Origin: a virus
Strand: one strand, 5' to 3'
IMG/VR virus record: IMGVR_UViG_3300040959_000809
Length of the DNA stretch: 64,000 nt
Shown here: piece by piece, positions 34,361-45,747 of the stretch
Numbering within the stretch: the first letter of the stretch is position 1
How the letters are laid out: every line of letters starts with the position of its first letter
Position numbers and translations under genes: made by a program
The notes under the pieces: model-generated
Told to the model about the DNA's origin: nothing
Databases searched by the model: none
Seen by the model: only the letters and a program-made list of their open reading frames with translations

Positions 34361-35369
34361 TATGGTAGACTTTGTAGACCTACAATACGCCCAACTACTT
34401 TCCGGTAGACTTGAGCAATTTAAGATTAGACACACTAGTCCTTATAAAATTAACTTCAGATGTCCTATCTGTGGTGATTCTCAGAAATCAAGGTCGAAGG
34501 CCCGCGGTTGGCTGTTGGAGAGAGACAATAAGTTCTTTTATTATTGCCACAATTGTGGTGAGAGTCAAACGTTCTCTACGTTTCTCAAGACGGTTGACAA
34601 CGTTGCCTATAAGGATTGGGTGGCGGACAAATATGTAAAAAAAGATAAACCAAATACAACATCTAGTATACTAAATAAATTTTCGGCACCGGTCTTTGAT
34701 ACCAAAAATCCTTTGAAAAAATTAAAAAAGATCAGTCAACTACGGTTTGACCACCCTATTAAAAGATATATAGAGAGTAGGGCAATTCCTACTGATTCAC
34801 ATTGGCGTTTATATTATGCTCCCAAATTCAAAACATGGGTCAATGAGATCATACCTAATAAGTTTGAGAATATAGAAAAAGACGAACCAAGATTGGTTAT
34901 GCCATTTTTTGATGAGAATGGCAAGATGTTTGGTGTCTCAGCCAGAGGATTTAATCCAAAGGGTGTGCGATACCTGACCATTATGTTTGATGAAAGGCCA
35001 AAAATATTTGGACTTGATACTGTGGACTTTGATAAACAATATTATGTGATGGAAGGTGCTATTGATAGTTTCTTTGTGACCAATGCTCTTGCTATGGCAG
35101 GCGCCGATGGTACAGTTAAGGGGTTGAAAAATTTTGATAATGCTGTATTTGTATTTGATGCTGAACCTCGAAACCGGGAAATAGTAAAACGAATGGAAAA
35201 GGTCATATCTGGTGGATACAGAATCTGTATATGGCCTAGTGATATAATTGGTAAAGATGTAAACGAAATGATTTTAAATGGAACAGAAAATGTCAACAGG
35301 GTAATTCAGGATAATATCTATAAAGGATTACAGGCTAAGTTGAGATTGCATGAATGGAGAAAAGTATGA
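34361..35369 (+). CDS. gp61: DNA primase gp61
   Basis: CPICGDS...CHNC Zn finger; EGAIDS and FDAEPRN TOPRIM motifs; start moved to 34361-region ATG. Confidence 0.93.
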
Positions 35370-36040
35370 ATGTGAATTTAATTAGTTACTCACAGCCAAC
35401 CGAAAACTTTATCGGTATTGAGGATGTGCAGGATTTAATTGCCTATGCGGCAAGGGTTTCAAATCCAAGTAACCAAATAAATAAGGAGACAGCCCCAAAG
35501 CTATTAAGTTATTTAATTAAACATAAGCATTGGTCACCGTTTGAAATGGCTTCAGCATGTATGGAAATTGAAACTACACGTGATATTGCTAGACAGCTTT
35601 TACGTCATAGATCATTTTCGTTTCAAGAGTTTAGTCAACGTTATGCAGACCCTACTACAGATTTAGATTTTGAAATTAGAGACGCAAGACTGCAAGACCC
35701 TAAGAATAGACAGAACAGTATCGCACTTGATATGTCTGATGAATACGACGGTGGTTTACAAGATCGTTGGGGACAAATGCAACAACGTGTTATAAACGAA
35801 GCCAAGATTGCTTACAACTGGGCCATCGATAACGGTATTGCTAAAGAACAAGCAAGGGCAGTACTACCAGAAGGAAACACACGTTCAAGATTATATGTGA
35901 ATGGAACTATTCGTTCTTGGATCCATTATATCGAGTTACGTAGTGCAAATGGTACTCAAAAAGAACATATGGATTTAGCAGTTGAATGTGCTAAGGCAAT
36001 TTCCAGCATCTTTCCGCACACGGATGAATATCTAAAATAG
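35366..36040 (+). CDS. thyX: flavin-dependent thymidylate synthase
   Basis: HWSPFE, RQLLRHRSFSFQEFSQRY, QARAVLP. Confidence 0.96.
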   Translation: MNVNLISYSQPTENFIGIEDVQDLIAYAARVSNPSNQINKETAPKLLSYLIKHKHWSPFEMASACMEIETTRDIARQLLRHRSFSFQEFSQRYADPTTDLDFEIRDARLQDPKNRQNSIALDMSDEYDGGLQDRWGQMQQRVINEAKIAYNWAIDNGIAKEQARAVLPEGNTRSRLYVNGTIRSWIHYIELRSANGTQKEHMDLAVECAKAISSIFPHTDEYLK

Positions 36041-36051
36041 TAAGAGACAAA

Positions 36052-36085
36052 AATAGAGCAGGGGTTCAAGCCCCTGTTTTCTATT
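36052..36085. terminator. hairpin, possibly bidirectional terminator
   Basis: aatagagcagggg...cccctgttttctatt inverted repeat. Confidence 0.65.
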
Positions 36086-36100
36086 GAACTAGGAGAAAAT

Positions 36101-38398
36101 ATGATACAAGTAACAAAAAGGGACGGTTCAAAGGAACCACTGGACATTGAAAAGTTGCATAAGGTTGTTTTTCACGCATGTCGGGATATTACTGGTGTGA
36201 GCCCTAGTGAAGTTGAGATCAATAGTCAGATTCAGTTTTACAATGGGATTACATCACAGGAAATCCAGGAAACATTAATCAAAGCTGCGGCTGATCTTAT
36301 CAGTGAGGAAACACCTAACTATCAATTTGTTGGTGGTCGTATGATTAACTATGCTCTGCGTAAAGAAGTATATGGTCATTATGAGCCTTGCTCAATTAAG
36401 GAACTTGTAGAGCGTAATACTGAAATTGGTTTTTATGATCCAGAATTAATTACAAAATATAATGATGATGAATGGGCCAAGCTCGACTCCTATGTTAAAC
36501 ATGGACGTGATGAAGATCTGACATATGTTGCTATGGAACAACTTCGTGGCAAATATCTATGCCAAAATCGTGTGACGGGTGAAATTTTTGAAACACCTCA
36601 GATGTGTTATATCCTTATTGCCGCTACTCTTTTTCAGGACTATCCCACAGACATACGAATGGAATGGGTAAAGGAATATTATGATGCTATTTCTCTACAC
36701 GACATTAGCCTTCCTACTCCTGTTATGGCCGGTGTTCGTACTCCTCAGAGACAATTCAGTTCGTGTGTCCTTATTGAAACTGGTGATAGTCTTGATTCCA
36801 TTAATGCTACTTCTTCCTCTATTGTCAAATACGTCAGTCAGAAGGCTGGTATTGGAATTGGTGGCGGAAGCATTCGAGCTATTGGTACTCCTATCCGTAA
36901 GGGTGATGCGTTTCATACTGGTATCATACCATTCTATAAGATGTTTCAGTCGGCTACAAAATCTTGCTCGCAGGGTGGTGTACGAGGTGGTGCCGCTACC
37001 ATTTATTACCCAATTTGGCACTTGGAAGTAGAAGAATTGCTAGTGCTCAAGAATAATAAAGGTACTGAAGAGAATCGTGTACGTCATATGGATTATGGTG
37101 TACAATTTAATAAGCTGATGTATGAGCGACTTATCTCCGGTGGTGATATAACCCTATTCTCACCATCAGATGTGCCTGGATTGTATGAAGCTTTCTTTGC
37201 AGACCAAGATAAGTTCCGTGAACTATATGAACGTGCCGAACGTAATACACGGCTTCGTAAAAAGACGATGAAGGCATCTGAACTGTTCTCTATGTTTATG
37301 GAGGAGAGAAAGAACACTGGAAGGATCTATTTGCAGAATGTTGATAACGCTAATGACCACGGTTCATTTTTGCCAGATGTCGCACCGATTCGTCAATCAA
37401 ATCTTTGCGCTGAAATTGATTTGCCAACCAAACCGCTGAACGATGTAAATGATCCTGAAGGTGAAATCAGTCTTTGTACATTGAGTGCTATTAACTGGGG
37501 TAACATAAGGCAACCAAGCGACTTTGAACGAATTTGCAAGTTGGCAGTAAGAGGTTTGGATGCTCTATTGAGCTATCAGAATTATCCTATTTTGGCTGCT
37601 CAACTCTCTACTGAAAAGCGGCGGCCTATTGGAATTGGAATTATTAACTTTGCATATTGGTTGGCAAAACACGACCTCACATATCAAGATATTACATCAG
37701 AAGGGTTGGAATTAATTGATGAATATGCAGAGGCATGGTCCTATTATCTTATCAAAGCCTCTGCTGACCTAGCAGTAGAACAGGGACCTATTCCTGGGCT
37801 GATGGAGACCAAATACGGACACGGCATTACTCCTAACCAGACATATAAGAAAGACTTAGATGAGTTGGTTAAGCACAAAGAGCGTATGGATTGGAAGGGA
37901 CTTCGTAAACAGCTCAAGCATACTGGTATTCGTAACTCTACACTCATGGCTCTAATGCCATCCGAAACATCAGCTCAAATTGCAAATGCGACTAACGGTA
38001 TTGAGCCACCTCGGTCACTTATTTCAGTTAAACAATCAAAGCATGGAGTATTAAAACAGGTCGTTCCTGAATTTAAGCGACTAAAAAATAAATATGATCT
38101 ACTGTGGGACCAAAAGTCTCCAGAAGGTTACTTGAAAATTATGGCGGTTCTACAAAAGTACATTGACCAAGGTATCAGTATCAATACTAGTTACAATCCA
38201 GTATATTCAGAAGATGAAAAGATTCCTATGAGTACAATGTTGCAGCACCTATTGATGTTCTACAAATATGGTGGGAAGCAGTTATATTACTTTAATACCT
38301 ACGATGGTCAAGGTGAGGTTGATGTTGACAAGTTGGCACAAGAGCCTCTTGCACAATCAGATGTAGATGATGAGGATTGCGAATCCTGCACAATATAA
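36101..38398 (+). CDS. nrdA: ribonucleotide reductase class Ia alpha subunit
   Basis: ATP cone VTKRDG, TPVM, FSSC, CSQGG.RGGA, SNLCAEI, C-terminal CESC; no intein seen. Confidence 0.97.
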   Translation: MIQVTKRDGSKEPLDIEKLHKVVFHACRDITGVSPSEVEINSQIQFYNGITSQEIQETLIKAAADLISEETPNYQFVGGRMINYALRKEVYGHYEPCSIKELVERNTEIGFYDPELITKYNDDEWAKLDSYVKHGRDEDLTYVAMEQLRGKYLCQNRVTGEIFETPQMCYILIAATLFQDYPTDIRMEWVKEYYDAISLHDISLPTPVMAGVRTPQRQFSSCVLIETGDSLDSINATSSSIVKYVSQKAGIGIGGGSIRAIGTPIRKGDAFHTGIIPFYKMFQSATKSCSQGGVRGGAATIYYPIWHLEVEELLVLKNNKGTEENRVRHMDYGVQFNKLMYERLISGGDITLFSPSDVPGLYEAFFADQDKFRELYERAERNTRLRKKTMKASELFSMFMEERKNTGRIYLQNVDNANDHGSFLPDVAPIRQSNLCAEIDLPTKPLNDVNDPEGEISLCTLSAINWGNIRQPSDFERICKLAVRGLDALLSYQNYPILAAQLSTEKRRPIGIGIINFAYWLAKHDLTYQDITSEGLELIDEYAEAWSYYLIKASADLAVEQGPIPGLMETKYGHGITPNQTYKKDLDELVKHKERMDWKGLRKQLKHTGIRNSTLMALMPSETSAQIANATNGIEPPRSLISVKQSKHGVLKQVVPEFKRLKNKYDLLWDQKSPEGYLKIMAVLQKYIDQGISINTSYNPVYSEDEKIPMSTMLQHLLMFYKYGGKQLYYFNTYDGQGEVDVDKLAQEPLAQSDVDDEDCESCTI

Positions 38399-38407
38399 AA
38401 AAATTAG

Positions 38408-38436
38408 TTGACATTACATCGGTATTATGTTATATT
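38408..38436 (+). promoter_or_regulatory. sigma70-type promoter for nrdB
   Basis: TTGACA-N17-TATATT. Confidence 0.7.
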
Positions 38437-38470
38437 GGTTTAATGTGGCTACAATATCAAAGAGGGCAAG

Positions 38471-39599
38471 AATGAGCGTTTTTAACACCGCAAACAAAGC
38501 GGATCACACAAAGGTAACAATGTTTTTGGATCCAACTGGTGGTCCAACAATTCAGCGTTACGACACATTAAAATATAAATCATTTGATAAGTTGACTGAT
38601 AGTCAACTCGGGTTTTTCTGGCGACCAGAAGAGGTTGACATTTACCAGGATGCAAAGGACTTTAAAAGTCTAACTGAACATGAACAACACATCTTTACGA
38701 GTAATTTGAAGCGTCAAATTTTACTTGATTCTGTGCAAGGTCGAGCTCCAGTAGAAGCATTTGCTCCTATTGTAAGTTTGCCAGAGATTGAGAATTGGAT
38801 CCAAACATGGACATTCTCAGAGACAATTCATAGCCGTTCGTACACACATATTATTCGTAACATTTATTCTAATCCATCTAAAATCTTTGATGAAATGATG
38901 GACATTGAAGAAATTGTTGATTGTGCTGGCGACATCTCCAAGTATTATGATGACCTGATTAGAATGAGTTCATATTACAATCTACTGGGTGTTGGTCGTC
39001 ATGCAATCAATGGTGATATTGTACCTGTTGACCTATATGAGTTGAAGAAGCTATTATGGCTTACACTGATGAGTGTTAACATTCTTGAAGGTGTTCGTTT
39101 CTATGTTTCGTTTGCATGTTCTTGGGCATTTGCAGAACTGAAGAAGATGGAAGGTAATGCTAAGATCATCAAGTTGATTGCACGTGATGAGAATTTGCAC
39201 CTTGCTTCGACTCAACTAATGCTTCGTACACTACAAAAGGACGACCCAGATTTTGTAAAAATTGCAAAAGAAACTGAAGCAGAATGCATTCAAATGTTTG
39301 TAGATGCTGTAGACCAAGAAAAGGCCTGGGCTGAATATCTATTTAAAGACGGGTCAATGATTGGTTTGAATACTGAGTTGCTTGGGCAATATATTGAGTT
39401 TATTTGTACACGCCGAATGAAGAATGTAAATTTGACCTCTCCTTATGATGTCAAAACAAATCCACTTCCGTGGACTCAAAAATGGATTTCTGGTGCTGAT
39501 GTTCAGGTAGCACCTCAGGAAACAGAAATTACAAGTTATGTATCAGGTGGGACTAAACAAGACGTATCAACAGACACATTTAAGGGGTTCTCACTATGA
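38471..39599 (+). CDS. nrdB: ribonucleotide reductase class Ia beta subunit
   Basis: FFWRPEE, ETIHSRSY, EGVRFY, RDENLH, APQE; start moved to 38471. Confidence 0.97.
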
Positions 39600-39817
39600 C
39601 GGTAGAAATTTGGGGCAAGGACAATTGTCCTTATTGTGTAAAAGCAAAGGCATTATGCGAACAGAAGGAATTGGAATATACATATAAACAACTGGGTATA
39701 GACTTTACCCGCGAGGAAATATTAGAAACGTTTCCAGGTGCAAGAACATTTCCACAGATTAAGGTAGACGAGTCTCCTATTGGTGGTTACGAACAATTAT
39801 GGCATTTATACTCATAA
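39596..39817 (+). CDS. glutaredoxin (NrdC-like)
   Basis: CPYC, RTFPQI, IGGY. Confidence 0.92.
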   Translation: MTVEIWGKDNCPYCVKAKALCEQKELEYTYKQLGIDFTREEILETFPGARTFPQIKVDESPIGGYEQLWHLYS

Positions 39818-39881
39818 ATCAGTATGCTAAAATAACATAAATAAGCTTGTAAGTTCACCCACTAAGAGGAATGTAAATAAA

Positions 39882-40361
39882 ATGAACACAAACGAATATG
39901 ACATTGTCGTGATTAAGGTCGTCGACGGTGATACAGTAGATGTAGATATTGATCTTGGATTCGGTATTTGCTTGAAGGATGAGAGGGTCCGTATTATGGG
40001 CATCGATACTCCTGAATCACGTACATCAGATAGAGTAGAAAAGTTATTTGGTAAGGCATCTAGCAAACGGCTAGGTGAGTTGCTTGCAAATGGTGCTAAA
40101 CTTATTACTACTGAGGACAAATCTGGTGAGGATATGAAGGGAAAGTTTGGTCGTATTCTTGGTGACTTTCGTGCTGCGGATGGACGTTTGGTTACTGAAA
40201 TCATGATTTCAGAAGGGCATTGTGTTCCATATTTTGGTGGATCAAAGGAAGAGGTCCAAGCACAACATATGAAAAATAGGGAAAAGCTATTAGCCGAAGG
40301 TGTAGTAGACCGTGCAGAATTTGATAAAATGACAATCGCTGAGGCTAACGAAAAGAAATAA
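39882..40361 (+). CDS. thermonuclease (SNase-like)
   Basis: [22 protein letters not shown]. Confidence 0.88.
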   Translation: MNTNEYDIVVIKVVDGDTVDVDIDLGFGICLKDERVRIMGIDTPESRTSDRVEKLFGKASSKRLGELLANGAKLITTEDKSGEDMKGKFGRILGDFRAADGRLVTEIMISEGHCVPYFGGSKEEVQAQHMKNREKLLAEGVVDRAEFDKMTIAEANEKK

Positions 40362-40377
40362 TGCAAGGTTTTTTGCT

Positions 40378-41571
40378 ATGATTGAAACTTCATATTTTGA
40401 AAAGATAGTTGAAACTTTAAAACTTGATGGCAATTATCGGGTTTTTAATGATATCCTTAGAGAGCGGGGAGACTTTCCCCGCTCTATTTGGTATGGCCCA
40501 TATGCACCAAAGCAAATTGTAAATTGGTGTTCTAATGATTATCTTGGTATGGGGCAAAATAAAATCGTTATAGATGCAATGCACACCGCATTGGATCAGA
40601 CAGGTTCCGGATCTGGTGGTACCCGTAATATTGGAGGAACCTCGCATTATCATGTTACACTTGAACGAGAATTAGCATCCCTACATAAAAAGGAATCTGC
40701 CCTTTTATTTACTAGTGCATATGTCGCCAACGAGTGGTCGTTGATTGCACTTACAAGAATAATTCCTGATCTTATTTTTCTGTCTGACAATAAAAATCAT
40801 GCCTCTCTTATTATGGGCATAAAACACAGTCGAGCACCCAAAATTGTTTGGGAACATAATAATATGCAAGAGCTTGAGTTAGCACTTCAAACTGCTCAGT
40901 TGTCAAACAAGACACCAATAATTGTTTTTGAATCTGTATATTCAATGGATGGTGATGTGGCACCGATTAAAGAGATATGTGATCTTGCTGATAAGTATAA
41001 TGCAATGACGTATATTGATGAGGTTCATGCGGTCGGGCTCTATGGTCATATGGGGGCTGGATATTTAGAAAAGCTAGGATTAACAGATAGGGTTGATATT
41101 ATAAATGGGACGATGGGAAAAGCCTTTGGAGTTCAGGGAGGTTATATTTCTTCTAGCTCTATTGTTATTGATGCAATTCGTTCTGTGGCTTCTGGATTTA
41201 TCTTCACCACCTCACTCAGCCCAGTCATTTGCGCCGGCGCTCTCGCGTCCATCAGATATCTTAAGGATCACAACGAATTAAGAGAACAGCACCAGGAACG
41301 TGCGGCAAAACTGACATCAATGTTAAAAGATAATAATATTGAGATACACGAATCAGCCTGTACTCATATTGTTCCTGTAATGATTAGAGATGCCAAAAAG
41401 TGTAAAAAGTTAAGTGATATCTTATTGCAACAATTTGGCATATATATTCAACCAATCAACTATCCTACGGTAGATGAAGGGCAGGAAAGGTTGCGCATTG
41501 CGCCGACACCATTACATGATGACACTATGATGCTAGACCTGGTAAATTCACTAAAGAAAGTTTTAGAGTGA
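40378..41571 (+). CDS. hemA: 5-aminolevulinate synthase
   Basis: [54 protein letters not shown]. Confidence 0.93.
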   Translation: MIETSYFEKIVETLKLDGNYRVFNDILRERGDFPRSIWYGPYAPKQIVNWCSNDYLGMGQNKIVIDAMHTALDQTGSGSGGTRNIGGTSHYHVTLERELASLHKKESALLFTSAYVANEWSLIALTRIIPDLIFLSDNKNHASLIMGIKHSRAPKIVWEHNNMQELELALQTAQLSNKTPIIVFESVYSMDGDVAPIKEICDLADKYNAMTYIDEVHAVGLYGHMGAGYLEKLGLTDRVDIINGTMGKAFGVQGGYISSSSIVIDAIRSVASGFIFTTSLSPVICAGALASIRYLKDHNELREQHQERAAKLTSMLKDNNIEIHESACTHIVPVMIRDAKKCKKLSDILLQQFGIYIQPINYPTVDEGQERLRIAPTPLHDDTMMLDLVNSLKKVLE

Positions 41572-41725
41572 ATAATAAAAACAATAATGTATTAACAGTC
41601 AAACTTATGCTATTTTTATGTGTGTTTTTGCATTTTATAGTAATACCAATATGGATGTGGAGTTTAGGATTATGAATCAACTTGAATCGGCATTCTTTGG
41701 CAAACGACTGTGGAAGGAAAATAAA

Positions 41726-42145
41726 ATGAATAAAATTAAAAAAGCTTTTTGGTTTACACTTGGGATTTTACTGGTTGGCGTAGCCTACTTGGGTGTTATT
41801 CTTCCAGGCTTGCCGTGGAGTACGCCAATCCTTGGGGCCGCCTTTTGCTTTGCAAAATCGAGCAAGAGGTTTCACGATTGGATCATGAATCATAAGACCT
41901 TTGGGCCATTTATTACTGAATGGCAGACGTATAAAGTCTACCCACAAAAAGCTAAATACCTTATGATGGTTGTAATGGCTACATCGCTAGGGTTTATGTA
42001 CTGGGGCACTGGTAACCTTATGGCAACATTTTATCTCTTTATCTTATTTGTGTTAATCGTAACATGGGCATGGAGATACCCAGGTTCAAAAGAGGAATCA
42101 AAAAGACGTAAAAAGGCAGGCAAAAGACTTGGCTGGCTTAAATAA
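41726..42145 (+). CDS. YbaN/DUF454 family membrane protein
   Basis: G..LPGLPWSTP...AAFCFAKSS.RFH.W...H..FGP; start moved to MNKIKK. Confidence 0.85.
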   Translation: MNKIKKAFWFTLGILLVGVAYLGVILPGLPWSTPILGAAFCFAKSSKRFHDWIMNHKTFGPFITEWQTYKVYPQKAKYLMMVVMATSLGFMYWGTGNLMATFYLFILFVLIVTWAWRYPGSKEESKRRKKAGKRLGWLK

Positions 42146-42212
42146 ATAAACATAACAACGCTTGGTGGTAATTCTGCCAAGCACTTTACAATGTTATTGA
42201 TGAGGAGATATA

Positions 42213-43238
42213 ATGACAAAACGAATTCTTATTACCGGTGGCGGTGGTTTTATTGCTCACCATCTGATCAATCAAGTACTTATCCGTACCGATTGGGAAA
42301 TTGTTACATTAGATCGGTTGGACTATAGCGGTAATCTTAATCGCTTACATGATCTACTTCAAGACCGAACACCGGCAGAACGCAAACGCGTACGAACAAT
42401 CTTTCACGATTTAAAGGCTGAAATCAATCCAATGCTCGAAGCTGACATTGGACCTGTAGATATTGTGGCTCATCTTGCGGCTGGATCTCATGTCGATAGA
42501 TCAATTGATAGGCCTATGGAATTCGTAATGGATAATGTTGTTGGTACTGGCAACCTATTGGAATATGCTCGTAGGCAAGAAAACCTTGAGCGGTTCCTGT
42601 ACTTCTCCACAGATGAGGTTTTTGGCCCAGCGCCAGAAGGTATAAAATATGACGAGTATGATCGTTATAATAGTACAAACCCATATTCTGCTTCAAAGGC
42701 CGGTGGTGAAGAATTAGCTGTTGCATATCAAAACACATATAATATGCCAATTTACATTACGCACACAATGAATGTATTTGGCCAACGACAGCACCCAGAA
42801 AAATTTATTCCTATGACTATTCGGAATGTCCGTGATGGTAATACCGTTACGATCCATTCTGATGCTTCAAAAACAATCCCAGGTTCCCGTCATTATATCC
42901 ATGCTGAGGATGTAGCAGATGCTACACTATTTTTGTTACAGCATGAAGGTACCTTGGATATGTCAAACAATACAGGAATTAAATGTCCTAAATTTAATAT
43001 CTGCGGTGCTACGGAATTAAACAACTTGGAACTTGCACAACTTATTGCAAAGGCCCAAGGAAAGGAATTAAAATATGAGTTTATGGACTTTCATAGTTCT
43101 CGGCCTGGCCACGACCTTCGGTATGCTCTTAGCGGTGACCGTATGGCGGCTATGGGTTGGCTTCCACAACCAGTTGAACAGCGACTTGAAGAAGTTGTGC
43201 GATGGACTTTAGATAATACGAGGTGGTTAGACATATGA
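42213..43238 (+). CDS. rmlB: dTDP-glucose 4,6-dehydratase-like NAD epimerase
   Basis: TGGGGFI, AAGSHVDRSI, STDEVFG, PYSASKA, HPEKFIP, RPGHDLRY. Confidence 0.9.
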   Translation: MTKRILITGGGGFIAHHLINQVLIRTDWEIVTLDRLDYSGNLNRLHDLLQDRTPAERKRVRTIFHDLKAEINPMLEADIGPVDIVAHLAAGSHVDRSIDRPMEFVMDNVVGTGNLLEYARRQENLERFLYFSTDEVFGPAPEGIKYDEYDRYNSTNPYSASKAGGEELAVAYQNTYNMPIYITHTMNVFGQRQHPEKFIPMTIRNVRDGNTVTIHSDASKTIPGSRHYIHAEDVADATLFLLQHEGTLDMSNNTGIKCPKFNICGATELNNLELAQLIAKAQGKELKYEFMDFHSSRPGHDLRYALSGDRMAAMGWLPQPVEQRLEEVVRWTLDNTRWLDI

Positions 43239-43801
43239 GTTGGAATCAATTAATTGATAATGCATATAATTTTGCAAGATATCAGAAGAGTGACATTCAT
43301 GAGCACATTCCGGTTCTGTATGAGCTAGGTTTGGAGTGTGACCATGTAACAGAAATGGGTGTGCGGACAGGTAACAGCACCAGAGCATTTCTTAAAACTG
43401 ATGCTGTATTGAGATCATATGATTTAAAATTGGATAAACGTATGGTTGAAATTTTTAATGAGGCTGTAAAGGCAGATAAAGATGTAGAGTATATTGCAGG
43501 AGATGTTCTCACATTGGACATTGAGGAAACTGATCTGTTATTCATTGACACCTGGCATTGTTATGCTCAACTTTGTAAGGAATTAGAACTTCATGGTAAT
43601 ATGGCTCGGAAATATTTGGTGTTTCATGATACATTTACATATGGCCTACGAAATGAAAGTGGGCAAGATCCTGAGCCAGGATCCGAGCCATACCAAGGTT
43701 TGTTGCCAGCTATCATTCAATTTATTATAAAGAATCCTCACTGGCGATTTAAAGAGTTTTATATGAACAATAATGGTTTAACGGTATTGGAACGAGTATA
43801 A
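43235..43801 (+). CDS. class I methyltransferase-like (Methyltransf_24 type)
   Basis: EMGVRTGNST, LFIDTWH, VFHDT, NNNGLT. Confidence 0.7.
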   Translation: MSWNQLIDNAYNFARYQKSDIHEHIPVLYELGLECDHVTEMGVRTGNSTRAFLKTDAVLRSYDLKLDKRMVEIFNEAVKADKDVEYIAGDVLTLDIEETDLLFIDTWHCYAQLCKELELHGNMARKYLVFHDTFTYGLRNESGQDPEPGSEPYQGLLPAIIQFIIKNPHWRFKEFYMNNNGLTVLERV

Positions 43802-45369
43802 TGATTGTAGATTGTTTTCCGTGGTTCGCACCATATGGTGAGGAAGTATTACGCTTAAGAGTAAATCTTTTAAAGGATTACGTTGACAAATTTATTATTG
43901 TAGAATCAAACAAGACTCACAGTGGCAAGCCCGTTGAGAGAAAATTTCTGGAAATTGCCAAACGTAATGATCTTCCAATGGATAAAATTATATACGTCGA
44001 GCATGACATTCCAGAACCCGATGAGTTTGAAATACTTGATATTGATTATCAAAACGCTGGGTTGAATAGAAAAAGAAAACATTCGGTAAATGCTAGAGTC
44101 CGTGAACGACTACAAAAAGATGCTGTTATGGAAGGTATGAAAGATTTACCAGACGATGCCGTGTTTATCTATGGTGATGCTGATGAGGTTATAAATCCAA
44201 TCAATATTCCTTGGGTGGCTAATATCACCAGAAACAACCCTAATGTAATCATTAAGATACCATTGGTATATTTACAAGGCCGAGCAGATCTTCGTATCCA
44301 CCATGAAGAAGGAAAACCAGTTGTTTGGTGGCGCGCGATGTTCTTTGCTACAAAAAAGCAAATTATGGAAAATAAAATCAGCAATATTCGCTGTGGTAAC
44401 ATAAAACTACCAGTACAGTGGCCTACTCACAATAATGCTGTTATTCAGGACATGGGGTGGCATTTTGCCTGGATGGGTAATAACGAACAACGAAATACAA
44501 AGGCCACTTCTTTTGCGCATGCGTTTGATAAATTCGCCTGGCAGATAAAACAAGGCGCTGGCGACTATTCTAAATATGACCAGTTTATGAAAAGTACACC
44601 CCCAGTTGCTGGTGAGGTAGCCCCAGATGGTCACCCAGATCACATATTACGAGAGTATGCACTGGAAAAACTACCACCTATGGTCCTAGAGGATTCATTC
44701 ATTAGAGAGTTTCTCTTGCCAGAGACTGATCTTGATAAACCAGAAGAGTTTATGTTCAATAGGTGTACTTGTAGTTGGTGTGAATCAATTAAATGGCCAT
44801 TACTGTTTGATCTGGATGGTGAAAAGACTTGGTTTGAAATACCTAGAAGCTGTTCGGTCACCATTAAGGAAACGTATCCCAACCGAAAAAGAATTGAAAA
44901 GGATGCTCAGTTGGTGAAGGGCAAATGGCTAAAATACAGTGCAGTTAAGAGTAAACCTATTGTAATATTTACTGATCCTATTGATAGATTTATTTCCTGT
45001 ATTAATGTGTATCTTGTGCCTGGTCAGAGATATTACAATTATGGGCAAAATATTTTTCAAGCACTTGGTAAGAATCTTGATGAGTGTACGAAGGAAGAAA
45101 AAATTGATCTGTTTTTTAAAAACCTGCAAAAGATTGGTAGTCTCCACCAGGTCCATCATTTTCACCCACAATGTATGTTTGTGGACACTCAATCGTTTGA
45201 TGAGTTCGAGGTCGTTCCTCGGAAGAGTGTGAATAAGTTCTTTGGTATATCAACTGTATATAATAGAACAAAGAAAGAGATAACAAAGAATGATCTGAGC
45301 CCACAACAGCTTAATTTTATTACAAAAATTTATCAGTCAGATTATGACTTTTTTGAAAAATATGGTTGA
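43801..45369 (+). CDS. GT17-like glycosyltransferase fused to a sulfotransferase-2-like domain
   Basis: N: VDCF, VESNKTHSG, RERLQK, GDADE, GWHFAW; C: WFEIPRS, FTDPIDRFISC, HFHPQ, YQSDY. Confidence 0.75.
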   Translation: MIVDCFPWFAPYGEEVLRLRVNLLKDYVDKFIIVESNKTHSGKPVERKFLEIAKRNDLPMDKIIYVEHDIPEPDEFEILDIDYQNAGLNRKRKHSVNARVRERLQKDAVMEGMKDLPDDAVFIYGDADEVINPINIPWVANITRNNPNVIIKIPLVYLQGRADLRIHHEEGKPVVWWRAMFFATKKQIMENKISNIRCGNIKLPVQWPTHNNAVIQDMGWHFAWMGNNEQRNTKATSFAHAFDKFAWQIKQGAGDYSKYDQFMKSTPPVAGEVAPDGHPDHILREYALEKLPPMVLEDSFIREFLLPETDLDKPEEFMFNRCTCSWCESIKWPLLFDLDGEKTWFEIPRSCSVTIKETYPNRKRIEKDAQLVKGKWLKYSAVKSKPIVIFTDPIDRFISCINVYLVPGQRYYNYGQNIFQALGKNLDECTKEEKIDLFFKNLQKIGSLHQVHHFHPQCMFVDTQSFDEFEVVPRKSVNKFFGISTVYNRTKKEITKNDLSPQQLNFITKIYQSDYDFFEKYG

Positions 45370-45394
45370 CATTTGGTCCAAAATGTATTATATT
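45366..45394 (+). promoter_or_regulatory. early promoter
   Basis: atgg TTGACA-N17-TATATT. Confidence 0.75.
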
Positions 45395-45427
45395 AATAGT
45401 ATGTATTTAATAAAGAGAGTATGAAAT

Positions 45428-45745
45428 ATGAAATATGCGGTAGCAACTGTAACATCAACATTCCGAATGCGATATGTTCTTTCTGAAGAAGAGCTTCAAT
45501 CTTTAAATACGGATGTGAAATTGGATGATCAAAAAATGGTTGAATGGTTGGAAGATACCGTCACCTGCGAAGAGGTCAATGAGTTTTCACAGAAGTTTCT
45601 TGGCGAACAAATTATTAGTACTGAGATCATGGATGAAGATCAGACATTAAAGCTCTTTGACACAGACAATGATTATCTTGCTGACTGGTCCAAGGAACAA
45701 AAACTTGACTACCTCCAAAAAAGGTTAATTCAAAAAGATTCTTAA
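45428..45745 (+). CDS. hypothetical protein
   Basis: 105-aa acidic ORF. Confidence 0.6.
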   Translation: MKYAVATVTSTFRMRYVLSEEELQSLNTDVKLDDQKMVEWLEDTVTCEEVNEFSQKFLGEQIISTEIMDEDQTLKLFDTDNDYLADWSKEQKLDYLQKRLIQKDS

Positions 45746-45747
45746 AC

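Noticed and set aside
35366-39599. Introns or inteins in thyX, nrdA or nrdB
   Set aside because: All three ORFs are uninterrupted and of normal length; no homing endonuclease or intein motifs seen
42148-42200. gcttgg/ccaagc hairpin upstream of rmlB as a riboswitch
   Set aside because: No match to aptamer consensus sequences I know; more likely a terminator or processing stem after the YbaN gene
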